A DNA stretch of 64,000 bases from an uncultured Candidatus Saccharibacteria bacterium (GCA_964617735.1 CAZTXT010000001.1:331589-395588), one strand, 5' to 3'. Shown: positions 1 through 11,345, counted from the first letter of the stretch. Notes: a model not told the origin generated them from the sequence alone. Translations and numbers: made by a program.

Positions 1-2
1 TC

Positions 3-668
3 GTGCCGAATCTCATGCGTCTCGCGGGCGACGTGAACGGGAAGAGTGTTTTGGATATAGCCTGTGGACAAGGATTTTTCTCGGAAGTGTTCGCAAAAGT
101 GGGTGCTGCGGTTGTCGGCGTTGATCTTTCGCCGGAATTGGTGCGGCGCGCGTCTTCGCGCGCGCCGCAGGCCCGGTTCCTTGTCGGTTCCGCCGAAAGA
201 CTCCCGAACGAGGTCGCCTCAGGTTCTTTTGACCTCGCGATCTGTGTGCTCGCTCTCCAAAATATCAAAGGTCTCGATGCCTCTGTCAGTGAAGTCGCGC
301 GCTCCCTGAAGGAAAGCGGCAGGTTCCTCATCGTCCTCAATCACCCAGCCTTCCGCATACCCAAGAGCTCGTCCTGGGGCTTTGACGATGCAGCAGCAGT
401 GCAGTACCGACGGCTGGATAGGTATATGTCCGATTCTCAAATAGAGATCGAGATGAATCCGAGTAACAAAAAAGGCGAGACGACCATGTCTTTCCATCGG
501 CCGCTACAGGTATATTTCAAGTCGTTCGCCAAAAATAGTTTTTCCGTGACGCGTCTTGAGGAATGGATATCGAATAAGACGAGCCAGAGCGGGCCGCGGA
601 AGCGCGCCGAGGATACGGCGCGCAAGGAGTTCCCCCTCTTTCTTATGCTAGAGCTTCGGAAGTCTTGA
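3..668 (+). CDS. Class I SAM-dependent methyltransferase (5' partial)
   Basis: Motif I 'LDIACGQGFFS' (GxGxG-like SAM binding) near the N-terminus. The ORF runs off the window start. Confidence 0.65.
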   Translation: MPNLMRLAGDVNGKSVLDIACGQGFFSEVFAKVGAAVVGVDLSPELVRRASSRAPQARFLVGSAERLPNEVASGSFDLAICVLALQNIKGLDASVSEVARSLKESGRFLIVLNHPAFRIPKSSSWGFDDAAAVQYRRLDRYMSDSQIEIEMNPSNKKGETTMSFHRPLQVYFKSFAKNSFSVTRLEEWISNKTSQSGPRKRAEDTARKEFPLFLMLELRKS

Positions 669-765
669 AATTTCGTTAAAGATATTGCCGGAAGAGTTAT
701 GCACAGTTGAAAGCCTTTTTTGCGTCTATATAATCTTCCATTATCGAACGTAATTTTGGGGATGT

Positions 766-957
766 ATGCAGCACTTTGTGTGTACCGGAGATTGTGAAAG
801 TGAATCACCGAAGGCAGGTGTATGCGAGACGGAAGGATGCAGCAAGGAGGGCGATATGCTCGCTGAATGCAACTGCGAAGATGGATTACATGAAGGGGTC
901 GTCTCTTCATCCGATGACCTTGATATGGAAAGTATGGACGATGAAGACTCTTTCTAG
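766..957 (+). CDS. Small Cys-rich acidic protein (9 Cys in 63 aa, D/E-rich tail)
   Basis: ORF 'MQHFVCTGDCESESPKAGVCETEGCSKEGDMLAECNCEDGLHEG...DDEDSF'. A GC hairpin plus T-run terminator follows at 969-993. Confidence 0.4.
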   Translation: MQHFVCTGDCESESPKAGVCETEGCSKEGDMLAECNCEDGLHEGVVSSSDDLDMESMDDEDSF

Positions 958-968
958 GCCCAAGAAAA

Positions 969-993
969 GCCGCCCTTAGAGGCGGTCTTTTTA
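969..993. terminator. Rho-independent terminator (bidirectional hairpin CCGCC-ttaga-GGCGG plus T-run)
   Basis: Seen directly: 'agccgcccttagaggcggtctttttatt' between the convergent ORFs 766..957 (+) and 991..2142 (-). Confidence 0.5.
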
Positions 994-2142
994 TTTGGTG
1001 TCTTTGAGCGTGAACGCGAATCGTAAGGCGTATGCCATGACAAATGCAAGCACCAGAAAAAGACTCTCGATGCCGGCGAGCGGGAGTATGATGGTCGCAA
1101 GCGCTGGGGCGATCACGTTAGCCCAGGGGCGGGTGGTGCGAAAGAGACTGATATAGCCGAGGTCGGTATCTTTGACCTGCTTGAAAAAATACGTTTCACT
1201 CATCGCTTCCACCATCGAGGCTCCGATGCGGCTGACAAAGAGCAGTATAGTCCAGAAAACGAATCCGCGTGAACTAGAAAGACCCATCAAAAGCGTAGTG
1301 AAGGAGAGTATGATGAAACCCGTCGACATGATCTCCTTTTCTCCGAGCCATCGGTCGGCGATCTTTCCGAATGGCAATTCGAAGAGCGCGAACGGCAGGA
1401 GCATCACCGCGAACATCACCCCAATGTGCTTCCAATCGAACCCGAGGTACTGATGCAGATAGATCGGCGAATAGATCACCATCCATGAATAGAAGAATTG
1501 CAAAAGGAAATTGACGATGAGCACGGTCAAGATGTTCCGGTTTTTCGCTGCGGAAGCGAGCGCGTGCAGAGGATTATTGCCGCGGTATTCGCGGTCGCGA
1601 AAACGGTCGAACTGGAAACGGATGATGATAAGCACCGGAATAAGCGCAAGGGCCGCGATCCAGAATATGTTCCGATAATTGGAACCTGAAATGAAGATCG
1701 CCAGTACCACTTGCGAGATGACCCATGCGCTGTTTATGAAAACCAGGTATGTTCCCCGAATACCCCCGGTCGAGGTCTCTTTCGAGTAACGCTCGAGGAA
1801 AATGTCGAGCGGAAGGGCCAAAAGCGAGATCGAGATGATACTGACAATTTCAGCCGTGATGATCGCGGCGCTTGTCTGCCCGCTCGCCAGGGTTACCATC
1901 GCTACGAGCTCTGCCAAAATAAAGACGAGGATCGAGAAGAAGTTGCCGAAACGGTTGAGCATTTGCGGCAGAAGCGCGATCGCCGCGATGGAGAGTGCCG
2001 AGCCGATCGAGTAGATGGCGCCGACGGCAGACTCGGGAACGAACGTCCCCAAAAATGACGAAGTTATATACGCTGGCAGAGCGACATGCACTCCGATGAG
2101 GAAACCCAAGAGGTATATCGCGGTCCGTTTCGTTTTTTGCAT
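991..2142 (-). CDS. MFS-type transporter (polytopic membrane protein)
   Basis: 383 aa with about 12 hydrophobic segments and MFS-like loop motifs ('GKIADRWLG'). Confidence 0.55.
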   Translation of the reverse strand: MQKTKRTAIYLLGFLIGVHVALPAYITSSFLGTFVPESAVGAIYSIGSALSIAAIALLPQMLNRFGNFFSILVFILAELVAMVTLASGQTSAAIITAEIVSIISISLLALPLDIFLERYSKETSTGGIRGTYLVFINSAWVISQVVLAIFISGSNYRNIFWIAALALIPVLIIIRFQFDRFRDREYRGNNPLHALASAAKNRNILTVLIVNFLLQFFYSWMVIYSPIYLHQYLGFDWKHIGVMFAVMLLPFALFELPFGKIADRWLGEKEIMSTGFIILSFTTLLMGLSSSRGFVFWTILLFVSRIGASMVEAMSETYFFKQVKDTDLGYISLFRTTRPWANVIAPALATIILPLAGIESLFLVLAFVMAYALRFAFTLKDTK

Positions 2143-2151
2143 AGGATTTTC

Positions 2152-4035
2152 CTACGCTCCAATTATAACCGGTATTACGATTGGCCGCTTCGCCGTTTTC
2201 TGGAAGAGGAACCGGCTGACGTTGTCGGTGACGTGCTCTTTGACATACTCGAAGTCTATCGGCTTCATGCCGACCGCGATGTCTTCAATGGTCTTTTTGA
2301 TGATGAGGCGGGTTTGGCTCAACAGATCCTGTGATTCGCGCAGATATACGAAGCCGCGTGAGATGATATCCGGAGATTTCTTGAGCCTTCCCGTCTGGAT
2401 GCTGACGTTGGCGATGATGACGAACATCCCGTCTTGGGCGAGCATCTGCCGGTCTCGGATGACGACTTCCTGCACATCGCCGACTGAGAATCCGTCGACG
2501 AGTACAAGTCCTGACGGCGCTTTTTCTTTCAGCTTGATTATTTTCTCGCCTTGATCGCGTATCTCGATGATGGAGCCATTGTCCGGAATGATGATGTTCT
2601 TTTCAGGATTTCCCCGAGCCATTTCGATATCTGCATGCACGCGAAGCATATAGTGATATCCGTGTAGGGGAATGAAGAATCGTGGATTAATGCGGGAATG
2701 AATCCATGCGGTCTCGTCGCGATTGGCGTGACCGCTTGAGTGTACGTCGGCGATCTTGTAGTGGAGGATGCGCGCGCCCTGCCTTGAGAGGCTGTCCTTC
2801 AGTTTCTGCACCGCGCGCTCATTGCCCGGGACTACCGATGAGGAGAGCACGATCGTATCGCGTTTCCCGATCTTGACCTGTTTATGCGTCTTATTGGCCA
2901 TGCGCATGAGCGCGGCGAATTCGTCGCCCTGCGCACCGGTTGCGATCATCACGATCCGATCCGGCGGATAATCATCCATCGCTTCGACGCCGATGATCGT
3001 TTCTTTCTTCGCCTTGAGCATTCCGAGATGTTTGATGATCTCGATATTGGATTTCATGCTCCGACCCTCGATCACCACCTTCTTCCCGTACTTTTCCGAA
3101 AACTCGACGATCTTCATGATACGCTCGAGGAGCGACGAGAAGGTGCCGATGATGAGACGTCCGCGCGTATTTTTGATTATTTCCTCGAGATTTTTCTGCA
3201 CGACGGATTCGGGCGTTGAGAATCCGGGAACATCCGCGTTGGTGGAATCCGCCATGAGAAGGAGTACTTTTTGGTTCTTGAAGATGCCGTATTCCTTTTC
3301 TTCGCGCTCGGTCGGCACGCCATTTTCATGTTCGAGCTTGAGATCACCCGTGTGAACGATCCAGCCCTGCGGTGTCTCGATGATGACGCCCATCGAATCG
3401 GGGATGGTATGGGTCACGGAGAAAAATCGCACTTTCACACTGCCGATGGTGATAACCGAATCCTTCTCGACTACCTTAATATTGAGGGCGGGGTTGTGCG
3501 GGAATTCCTCTTGCCGTTTTTGAATCATCACGGTCGTCAAAAGACGGGAGTAGAGCGGTGGGTTTCCGATCTTCTCCATGATGTACGGAATAGCACCGGT
3601 ATGGTCGAGGTGTCCGTGCGTGACGATGAGCGCACGCACGCGGTCTCTGCGCTCCTCGAGGTAGCGTGTATTGGGGAGAATGTAGTCGATACCGGGTGTG
3701 TTCTCTTCTTTGAATTGCAATCCCGCATCGATGACGATGATATCCTGCCCGATCTCGATAGCAGTCATGTTCTTGCCGATCTCCTCAACGCCTCCCAAGG
3801 GGACGATGCGGATCACCCCGCTGCCCAGCGGCGGTATTTTATCGGCCGGAGCTCTCGGCGGGAGTTTCGGAGGAGGGGGCATACGGTGGCCGCGGCCTCC
3901 GCCGCGCGCCGGCTTTTTCGGACGCCCGAACGCAGGTTTGCGGTCGAAGTTGTTCAAGCGCGCGTGATAGGGCTTGCGGCGCTGGGGCGCGCCGCGCGTT
4001 CCGGAACCCGTTTGATTGGACTGTGACTCATTCAT
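2152..4035 (-). CDS. rnj: Ribonuclease J (metallo-beta-lactamase/beta-CASP RNase) with a roughly 70-aa R/G/P-rich N-terminal extension
   Basis: 'IVPLGGVEEIGKNMTAIE' and the 'THGHLDHTGAIPY' HxHxDH motif. Beta-CASP and C-terminal domain architecture. Confidence 0.85.
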   Translation of the reverse strand: MNESQSNQTGSGTRGAPQRRKPYHARLNNFDRKPAFGRPKKPARGGGRGHRMPPPPKLPPRAPADKIPPLGSGVIRIVPLGGVEEIGKNMTAIEIGQDIIVIDAGLQFKEENTPGIDYILPNTRYLEERRDRVRALIVTHGHLDHTGAIPYIMEKIGNPPLYSRLLTTVMIQKRQEEFPHNPALNIKVVEKDSVITIGSVKVRFFSVTHTIPDSMGVIIETPQGWIVHTGDLKLEHENGVPTEREEKEYGIFKNQKVLLLMADSTNADVPGFSTPESVVQKNLEEIIKNTRGRLIIGTFSSLLERIMKIVEFSEKYGKKVVIEGRSMKSNIEIIKHLGMLKAKKETIIGVEAMDDYPPDRIVMIATGAQGDEFAALMRMANKTHKQVKIGKRDTIVLSSSVVPGNERAVQKLKDSLSRQGARILHYKIADVHSSGHANRDETAWIHSRINPRFFIPLHGYHYMLRVHADIEMARGNPEKNIIIPDNGSIIEIRDQGEKIIKLKEKAPSGLVLVDGFSVGDVQEVVIRDRQMLAQDGMFVIIANVSIQTGRLKKSPDIISRGFVYLRESQDLLSQTRLIIKKTIEDIAVGMKPIDFEYVKEHVTDNVSRFLFQKTAKRPIVIPVIIGA

Positions 4036-4046
4036 GTTCTTATAGT

Positions 4047-5822
4047 CTATTGATTAGTAGTGTCGGACACCGAGAATAATCTCCACACGCGATCGGTTTC
4101 GATGAACCATTCATTGGCATTGAGGAACCGGTCGGAGGGAATGGTAACCGCAGAGATATTCAGACCCTGTATCTCTTTGGGTACGATGTAAATAAAATCG
4201 GGCGAATAAATGAAAGCTGCCGGCATATCCTTTTGAACTTCTTGGGCGAACTCGATGTATTTGTCGATGCGATCAGCGCGTGACGGCGTCGTACGGGCGG
4301 TCTCGAGCAACTTGTCGGCTTTGATATTGGTATAGAGCGCGACGTTGAGTCCTGGATCGTTGCGCTGGGATGAATGCCAGAATGCGAAGAGATCGAGGTC
4401 TCGCCCGATGACTTCGCCGAAGAAGAGGGCATCGTATTCGCGTGGCCGAATGACGTTCTGATTGAGATCGCTCGTGTCAAAGAAGTTCAGCGTCACTTTC
4501 GCGCCGATGCTCTCCCAATTCTCCTTGATGATCTTCGCTGCGGCCTTGAGCTCCGGGGTGTTCGCCGTTGCGATGGAGAATTCGAGTCGGATGGTCTCTT
4601 TTTTTACTGTTTTCTTCAATACGCCGTCGGCAGGGTCGGGCTTCCAGCCGTTGCGCGCGAGCGAGTCGCGCGCTTCCTGCACTGCCGTGGCGAGGTCGGG
4701 TTGCGTTGAAGTGCTCACGGTATTGGCGAACAAATTCTTCGGGAGCGGATTGTCCACCGGGATGCCGTAGCCGGAGAGCACTTCGGAGACGATGCGCTTC
4801 CGGTCGACTGTTTTCGACAGTGCCGCGCGGACCTCCGGGTAGATGAATGCGTGCGCTTTATTCTGATTGAAGAATACGGCAAATATCCTCGGCAATGAGG
4901 TGCTCTCGACGCGCGCGCCGAGGTTTTTGAGGGCCAGTGCCTCATGCGAAGAGATGCTGGAGAGCGCATCGATATCTTTGCGCTCATACGCGTCGATCAG
5001 CGCGACTTCAGTCGGGTAGAATTTCAAGATGATCGAACTAATATGGGCGGTGTCCAGCGCGTAGTCTTTGAACGGGACGAGCGTGTAGGAGAGGGGAATA
5101 CCACCGCTATTGCGTTTGATACTCTTTATCTTGTACGGTCCGGTCCCGATCGGTTCAACATTGAACTGGCTGAAGGCGAACTGCTCGACGTCGACGCTTT
5201 TCCATATATGCGAGGGAAGAATCCCCATCGTGGTGTTCTCAAGGAACGGAGGATAGGGGGTTTTGAGCTTGATCTTTATGGTACGGTCGTCGACCTTCTC
5301 GACGGTGATGCCGTCCCAACTCGCACGGCGGGGGCTCTTGAGGTTCGGGTCCTGCGCTTTCTTGATGGTGAATACTACGTCATCGGCGGTTACCGGTGTT
5401 CCGTCTTGGAATACTATGCCGTCTTTGAGTACGAAGGTGTATTCAAGGCCATTATCCGAGACGTCATATTTTTTTGCGAGGTCTGGTATAAGAATTCCCG
5501 ATGAAGAGACTTTCATGAGACCGGAGTAGACAAGCGACGTCATGTCGCGATCAGCATCGGATATCGCAAGGAGTGGATTGATGAATCGGGGAATGCCGAC
5601 AAGCCCCTCGGTTAACGTACCGCCATTGGCTGGTATCTCGACGGTCAACGCCCGGTTGAGTTTGACGATAAGGGAGACTGATGTGGCAGCGAAGACGCAC
5701 GCGATCGAGAAAAAGATGATCCGCTCGGTGAGAGAAAATGCCGCAAGCACCCGCGCCGCTTTTTCCAGCACCCCGATACGGTACTGTTTTGCTATCGTTT
5801 TCTTGATTTGGCCCGAAATCAC
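4047..5822 (-). CDS. ABC transporter substrate-binding protein, family 5 (peptide/nickel type), membrane-anchored
   Basis: 591 aa with an N-terminal TM segment and SBP_bac_5-like architecture. No adjacent permease genes. Confidence 0.65.
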   Translation of the reverse strand: MISGQIKKTIAKQYRIGVLEKAARVLAAFSLTERIIFFSIACVFAATSVSLIVKLNRALTVEIPANGGTLTEGLVGIPRFINPLLAISDADRDMTSLVYSGLMKVSSSGILIPDLAKKYDVSDNGLEYTFVLKDGIVFQDGTPVTADDVVFTIKKAQDPNLKSPRRASWDGITVEKVDDRTIKIKLKTPYPPFLENTTMGILPSHIWKSVDVEQFAFSQFNVEPIGTGPYKIKSIKRNSGGIPLSYTLVPFKDYALDTAHISSIILKFYPTEVALIDAYERKDIDALSSISSHEALALKNLGARVESTSLPRIFAVFFNQNKAHAFIYPEVRAALSKTVDRKRIVSEVLSGYGIPVDNPLPKNLFANTVSTSTQPDLATAVQEARDSLARNGWKPDPADGVLKKTVKKETIRLEFSIATANTPELKAAAKIIKENWESIGAKVTLNFFDTSDLNQNVIRPREYDALFFGEVIGRDLDLFAFWHSSQRNDPGLNVALYTNIKADKLLETARTTPSRADRIDKYIEFAQEVQKDMPAAFIYSPDFIYIVPKEIQGLNISAVTIPSDRFLNANEWFIETDRVWRLFSVSDTTNQ

Positions 5823-5893
5823 AACAAAAAGATCGAAGATTGAATAAAAATCAAAAGTCAGAGATACGGATCAAGATCGTGAAGGGTCTGTCA

Positions 5894-6142
5894 CTAGCGG
5901 AGCAGCAGGGTGGCGAGCGCTACTGCGGCAAAGAGAACTCCCAGGATGATGGTCCCGATGAACAGAAAACGCTCGGCTCCGCGCCGTGCATGAAAAAACG
6001 AGCTAAAATTCGAGCTCTCGCCGAACGCTCCCCCCAATCCCGCCGATGAGCGTTGGAGGAGGATGGTGGTAATCAGAAGGGCAGAGAGTACGATTTGTAC
6101 GTATGGCAGTATTGAGACTAACGATTGCATTGGAAGTAGCAT
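5894..6142 (-). CDS. secG: Preprotein translocase subunit SecG
   Basis: 82 aa with two TM helices and the 'LLQRSSAGLGGAFGESS' glycine-rich SecG signature. Confidence 0.65.
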   Translation of the reverse strand: MLLPMQSLVSILPYVQIVLSALLITTILLQRSSAGLGGAFGESSNFSSFFHARRGAERFLFIGTIILGVLFAAVALATLLLR

Positions 6143-6208
6143 AGCAGAACAGGGGAGAAATGCAAGAGAATGAAAAGAGCCGGAAACTCCGAATAAGGAA
6201 TTTCCAGC

Positions 6209-6652
6209 TCATGATTGACGCTGGTCATGCCGAGCTTCCTCGGGCAGTTTGTCGAGTATCTTAGCGGAGATATTCTCCACACCTTCTACTAGAGCTCGTA
6301 TAAGACGGTGGGTACCGTCAACAACGTCGCCTTGATAGAGCAGAAGTGGATATCGCCTATCTGCCTGATTAATTCGGCGAATATGATCAGACCAGGTTGG
6401 ATGTTCACCTGCAACCGCTTCCCATGTTCCGAGAGTTCTGTAAGCAGAAAGGAGGTCTCGGGGAGAGAAATCTTTTTGACATGAATCTTTCCAACATTTG
6501 TTGAGTATCTGAGGCTCTAGAGTGCTTATCTTCATCTCGACGTGTTCCGTGTGAGAGGTCAGTCGTATGAGCTTATACACGTCGTAAGATTTTCCTTCTA
6601 CAGTCAGTTTATGAGCATCCTTATCAGTGCTTTCAAATGGCAGGTTCTTCAT
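6209..6652 (-). CDS. ParB/Srx-like nuclease domain protein (hypothetical)
   Basis: 'VVDGTHRLIRALVEG' resembles the ParB N-domain DGxHR motif. The gene sits in a low-GC stretch (about 6150-6800). Confidence 0.4.
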   Translation of the reverse strand: MKNLPFESTDKDAHKLTVEGKSYDVYKLIRLTSHTEHVEMKISTLEPQILNKCWKDSCQKDFSPRDLLSAYRTLGTWEAVAGEHPTWSDHIRRINQADRRYPLLLYQGDVVDGTHRLIRALVEGVENISAKILDKLPEEARHDQRQS

Positions 6653-6818
6653 ACAATGTCTTTCATTTTGTTTTTGGGTGCAGACCTACCCGATAATTTA
6701 GCATATAAGTGGGAGTCTGTCAACTATTTTCAATCGTGAAGCTGACCTATAATGACCACGCCATCAATTCTTTTTATAAGGATCTGAACGGGATTGTTCA
6801 GTAATTTTCCAACTTCGT

Positions 6819-7139
6819 ATGAAGAAACATAGCGCGAAGAAAAATTCTATCAAGGTACGACCGCTCGGCGATCGGGTGCTCATCAAAGAACTTAATAAGA
6901 GCGGAGAAGGAGAAACGAAAAGCGGCATTATCATTCCCGAAACCGTCAGCGATGATAAGGGTGCCAAGAAAGGTACTGTTGTTGCTGTAGGGCCGGGCAG
7001 GATGGAAGACGGGAAGACGATCATGGTGCAGGTTTCAGTTGGGGACACAGTGCTTTTCCAGTGGGGAGATATGATCAAGATCGATGGCGAAGAGTATATG
7101 CTGGTGAGCGAGAGCAATATTATTGCCATTGTGAAATAA
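6819..7139 (+). CDS. groES: Co-chaperonin GroES
   Basis: 'KVRPLGDRVLIK...GIIIPET' Cpn10 signature, immediately upstream of groEL. Confidence 0.9.
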   Translation: MKKHSAKKNSIKVRPLGDRVLIKELNKSGEGETKSGIIIPETVSDDKGAKKGTVVAVGPGRMEDGKTIMVQVSVGDTVLFQWGDMIKIDGEEYMLVSESNIIAIVK

Positions 7140-7146
7140 ACATTAA

Positions 7147-8820
<1,674 letters not shown>

Positions 8821-8913
8821 TGTGAGCAGTCAATCGGACAGTTACGCCCGAAGCCGCCGTTATCAACACCGTATTGATAGCGGCGGTTTTGCTTTTTTCT
8901 TATAATCGAGGGT

Positions 8914-9141
8914 ATGCAAGAACCTAAAAAATCGATGACTGAAGAGGAGTGGTTGGTGTCAAAGCATCCGTCCTTCATCCTGCTTGCGCCGCGCCCGCCG
9001 ATTGTCGCAGCGATGCTCATCATCCTTGCATTGGTAAGTTTCTTGGGCGTTTACGTGGCCTATGTAAAGTATGAACAACTGAAACGGGAGATCAACACTA
9101 AATCACCGCTCGACTCGCACCGCACTCTTTCTCCTCGTTAG
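8914..9141 (+). CDS. Small membrane protein (hypothetical)
   Basis: 75 aa with a single central TM helix. Confidence 0.3.
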   Translation: MQEPKKSMTEEEWLVSKHPSFILLAPRPPIVAAMLIILALVSFLGVYVAYVKYEQLKREINTKSPLDSHRTLSPR

Positions 9142-9233
9142 TCCACCCACTTGCCTAACGGCACTTCACCTGTGCTTTCCGCAATCCACAGCTCTCGGTT
9201 GTGAATTATCGCTCTAAGCGTAAAATAATAGGT

Positions 9234-9347
9234 ATGAAAAACGATCGATATGGGATGAAAAGCGCACAGTTCATTTTGCTGGCCGTTGGGGTCATCATCG
9301 TGGTGTTCGTACTTTCGTACGGGGTCATCACCGGAAAGGCCTTTTAA
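9234..9347 (+). CDS. 37-aa single-TM micro-protein (hypothetical)
   Basis: ATG at 9234 after 'aataggt', ORF 'MKNDRYGMKSAQFILLAVGVIIVVFVLSYGVITGKAF'. Below the cutoff of the ORF track. Confidence 0.25.
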   Translation: MKNDRYGMKSAQFILLAVGVIIVVFVLSYGVITGKAF

Positions 9348-9388
9348 AGCGCGATTGAGGGCTTTTCTTTGCAACGCATTGTGCTACA

Positions 9389-9985
9389 ATGCGTTTGTCT
9401 AGCGCAATCCATAATCATAGAATCATGACTCTCTTCTCTATTCTTTTAGTCATCGTCGTTTTGGTGTTCGCATGGATCGTATTCGCCTACAACCGCTTCG
9501 TTTCTCTCATCAATCGTTCTAAAGAGGCATGGGCGGATATTGATGTACAGCTTAAGCGTCGCTACGATCTCATTCCCAACCTCGTGAACTCCGTGAAAGG
9601 CTATGCAGCGCACGAGAAATCGGCGTTCGAGAATGTTACGAAAGCGCGCGCGAGTGCAATGGGAGCCCAGAGCCTTGCCGATAAGAATCAAGCGGAGAAC
9701 GTGCTCTCGGGAGCGCTTAAATCTTTGTTCGCGGTGGCTGAAGCGTATCCGGAACTGAAAGCGAATCAGAACTTTTTACAGTTACAAAGCGATCTGACCG
9801 ACACGGAGGACAAAATACAGTCAGCCCGCCGTTTCTACAATGGCAATGTTCGCGACCTCAACACCGCGATCGAATCGTTCCCCGGCAATCTCATTGCCTC
9901 TATGTTCCACTTCGAGAAGATGGAACTCTTTGAGCTTAGCGGTGCTGATACCGCTGCGAAAGAGCCAGTTCACGTGAGCTTCTAG
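9389..9985 (+). CDS. lemA: LemA family protein
   Basis: N-terminal TM segment followed by 'NRFVSLINRSKEAWADIDVQLKRRYDLIPNLV', the LemA signature. Paired with htpX as is commonly seen. Confidence 0.8.
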   Translation: MRLSSAIHNHRIMTLFSILLVIVVLVFAWIVFAYNRFVSLINRSKEAWADIDVQLKRRYDLIPNLVNSVKGYAAHEKSAFENVTKARASAMGAQSLADKNQAENVLSGALKSLFAVAEAYPELKANQNFLQLQSDLTDTEDKIQSARRFYNGNVRDLNTAIESFPGNLIASMFHFEKMELFELSGADTAAKEPVHVSF

Positions 9986-10050
9986 CGGCAGAGGAGCCCG
10001 TTTGGCCTGCTGTTATTGTGTTTGCCGTCTCATTCCTATAAGCTATCCTC

Positions 10051-10956
10051 GTGTCTACGCTTTATACCGAGCAATCAAAGAATGTACGCAGGACATGGTT
10101 TCTCATGTCCTTGTTTTTGGCGATAATCATTTGTATCGGCTGGTTCATCAGCTATTACTATCAGAGCCCTGCGATCCTCTATGTCGCGGTAATCTTTTCG
10201 GTAGTGATGAATATCGCCAGTTTCTGGTTTTCGGACAAGATAACCCTCTCGCTCTCCCATGCGATCCCCGCTGACCCTAAGCAGTACCCGGAACTTTTTC
10301 ACATCGTCGAGAATCTTTCCATCACTGCGGGACTTCCTGAACCGCACCTCTATGTCATAAACGATCCTGCCCCCAATGCGTTCGCGACGGGGAGGGATAA
10401 AGAACACGCCGCAATCGCGGTGACGACTGGTCTTCTGCAGATGCTCGACCGCAATGAGCTTGAAGGCGTCATCGCGCACGAACTCTCGCATATCGGCAAC
10501 CGCGACACGCTGCTGCAGACGGTCGTGGTCGTCTTGGTCGGGTTCATCGCGATTTTGGCGCATATCTTCACCCGTTCATCGTTCGGGTTCGGCGGGCGCC
10601 GGCGCGAAGGAGGGAAAGGCGCTGGTATCTTAGTGCTCATCGGCCTTATCTTCGTGATTCTTTCGCCCATCATTGCGCAGTTGATCCAACTTGCTATTTC
10701 GCGGAAACGTGAATTTCTCGCCGATGCCGATGGCGCGCTGTTGACGCGGTTCCCCGAAGGTCTCGCGCGTGCGCTCAAAAAGATCTCCGCCTACGATCAG
10801 CCGATGCAGTATGCCAACCACGCGACCGCGCACCTCTATATATCCAACCCGTTCGGTCCGCATGAGGAGCAGGGGTTTATCACCAAACTGTTTATGACCC
10901 ATCCCCCGATACCGGAGCGGATCAAAGCGCTGTTAGGCAATCAGGCTGTTGTGTAG
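10051..10956 (+). CDS. htpX: Zinc metalloprotease HtpX (M48 family)
   Basis: 'HELSHIGNRD' HExxH motif and four TM segments. Confidence 0.85.
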   Translation: MSTLYTEQSKNVRRTWFLMSLFLAIIICIGWFISYYYQSPAILYVAVIFSVVMNIASFWFSDKITLSLSHAIPADPKQYPELFHIVENLSITAGLPEPHLYVINDPAPNAFATGRDKEHAAIAVTTGLLQMLDRNELEGVIAHELSHIGNRDTLLQTVVVVLVGFIAILAHIFTRSSFGFGGRRREGGKGAGILVLIGLIFVILSPIIAQLIQLAISRKREFLADADGALLTRFPEGLARALKKISAYDQPMQYANHATAHLYISNPFGPHEEQGFITKLFMTHPPIPERIKALLGNQAVV

Positions 10957-11016
10957 TTGAAAGTTGTGGCATTACAGTTTAGAGTGTGAGCGATCACCGC
11001 TGGTCGCAGAAAGACT

Positions 11017-11101
11017 GGAGGAGTCGCATAGTGGCCTAGTGCGCTCGCTTGGAAAGCGAGTAGGGGGAAACCCCTCGAGAGTTCGAATCTCTCCTCCTCC
11101 G
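11017..11101 (+). tRNA. tRNA-Ser(GGA), type II with long variable arm, no encoded CCA
   Basis: Acceptor GGAGGAG/CTCCTCC, D-loop 'agtgg', anticodon loop 'ttGGAaa', long variable arm, T-arm GAGAG-TTCGAAT-CTCTC, discriminator G. Confidence 0.85.
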
Positions 11102-11288
11102 ATGCGATTTTGAGAATACCTTTTGGTATTCGTAATCGCATTTCGTGTGAATGCGAGATTCGAAAGCCGCAGCGCACGGAGCGAGTGGAGCGAGCGAAGT
11201 CCGACCGAAGGTCGGGCGCGAGGCGGGGTCGAGAGTACTTGGATTTTTGGAGTCCGCAGGACGAACAAAAAGCTTAGTAACTCGTGAC

Positions 11289-11345
11289 CGAATCTCTCCT
11301 CCTCCGCCTGAAGAAGAAAGTATCGGAGGTATGCGAAGGCATACC
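11289..11345 (+). repeat. Direct repeat B1 (contains an 18-bp copy of the tRNA-Ser 3' end)
   Basis: Matches 14963-15019 with about 5 mismatches over 57 bp. The first 18 nt equal tRNA-Ser positions 11084-11101. Confidence 0.8.

Noticed and set aside
3271-4026. 251-aa plus-strand ORF
   Set aside because: It is antisense to rnj.
6700-6818. CIRCE (HrcA) operator expected upstream of groES
   Set aside because: No 'TTAGCACTC-N9-GAGTGCTAA' inverted repeat is present. Only a TATAAT-like -10 at 6748-6753 with a weak -35.
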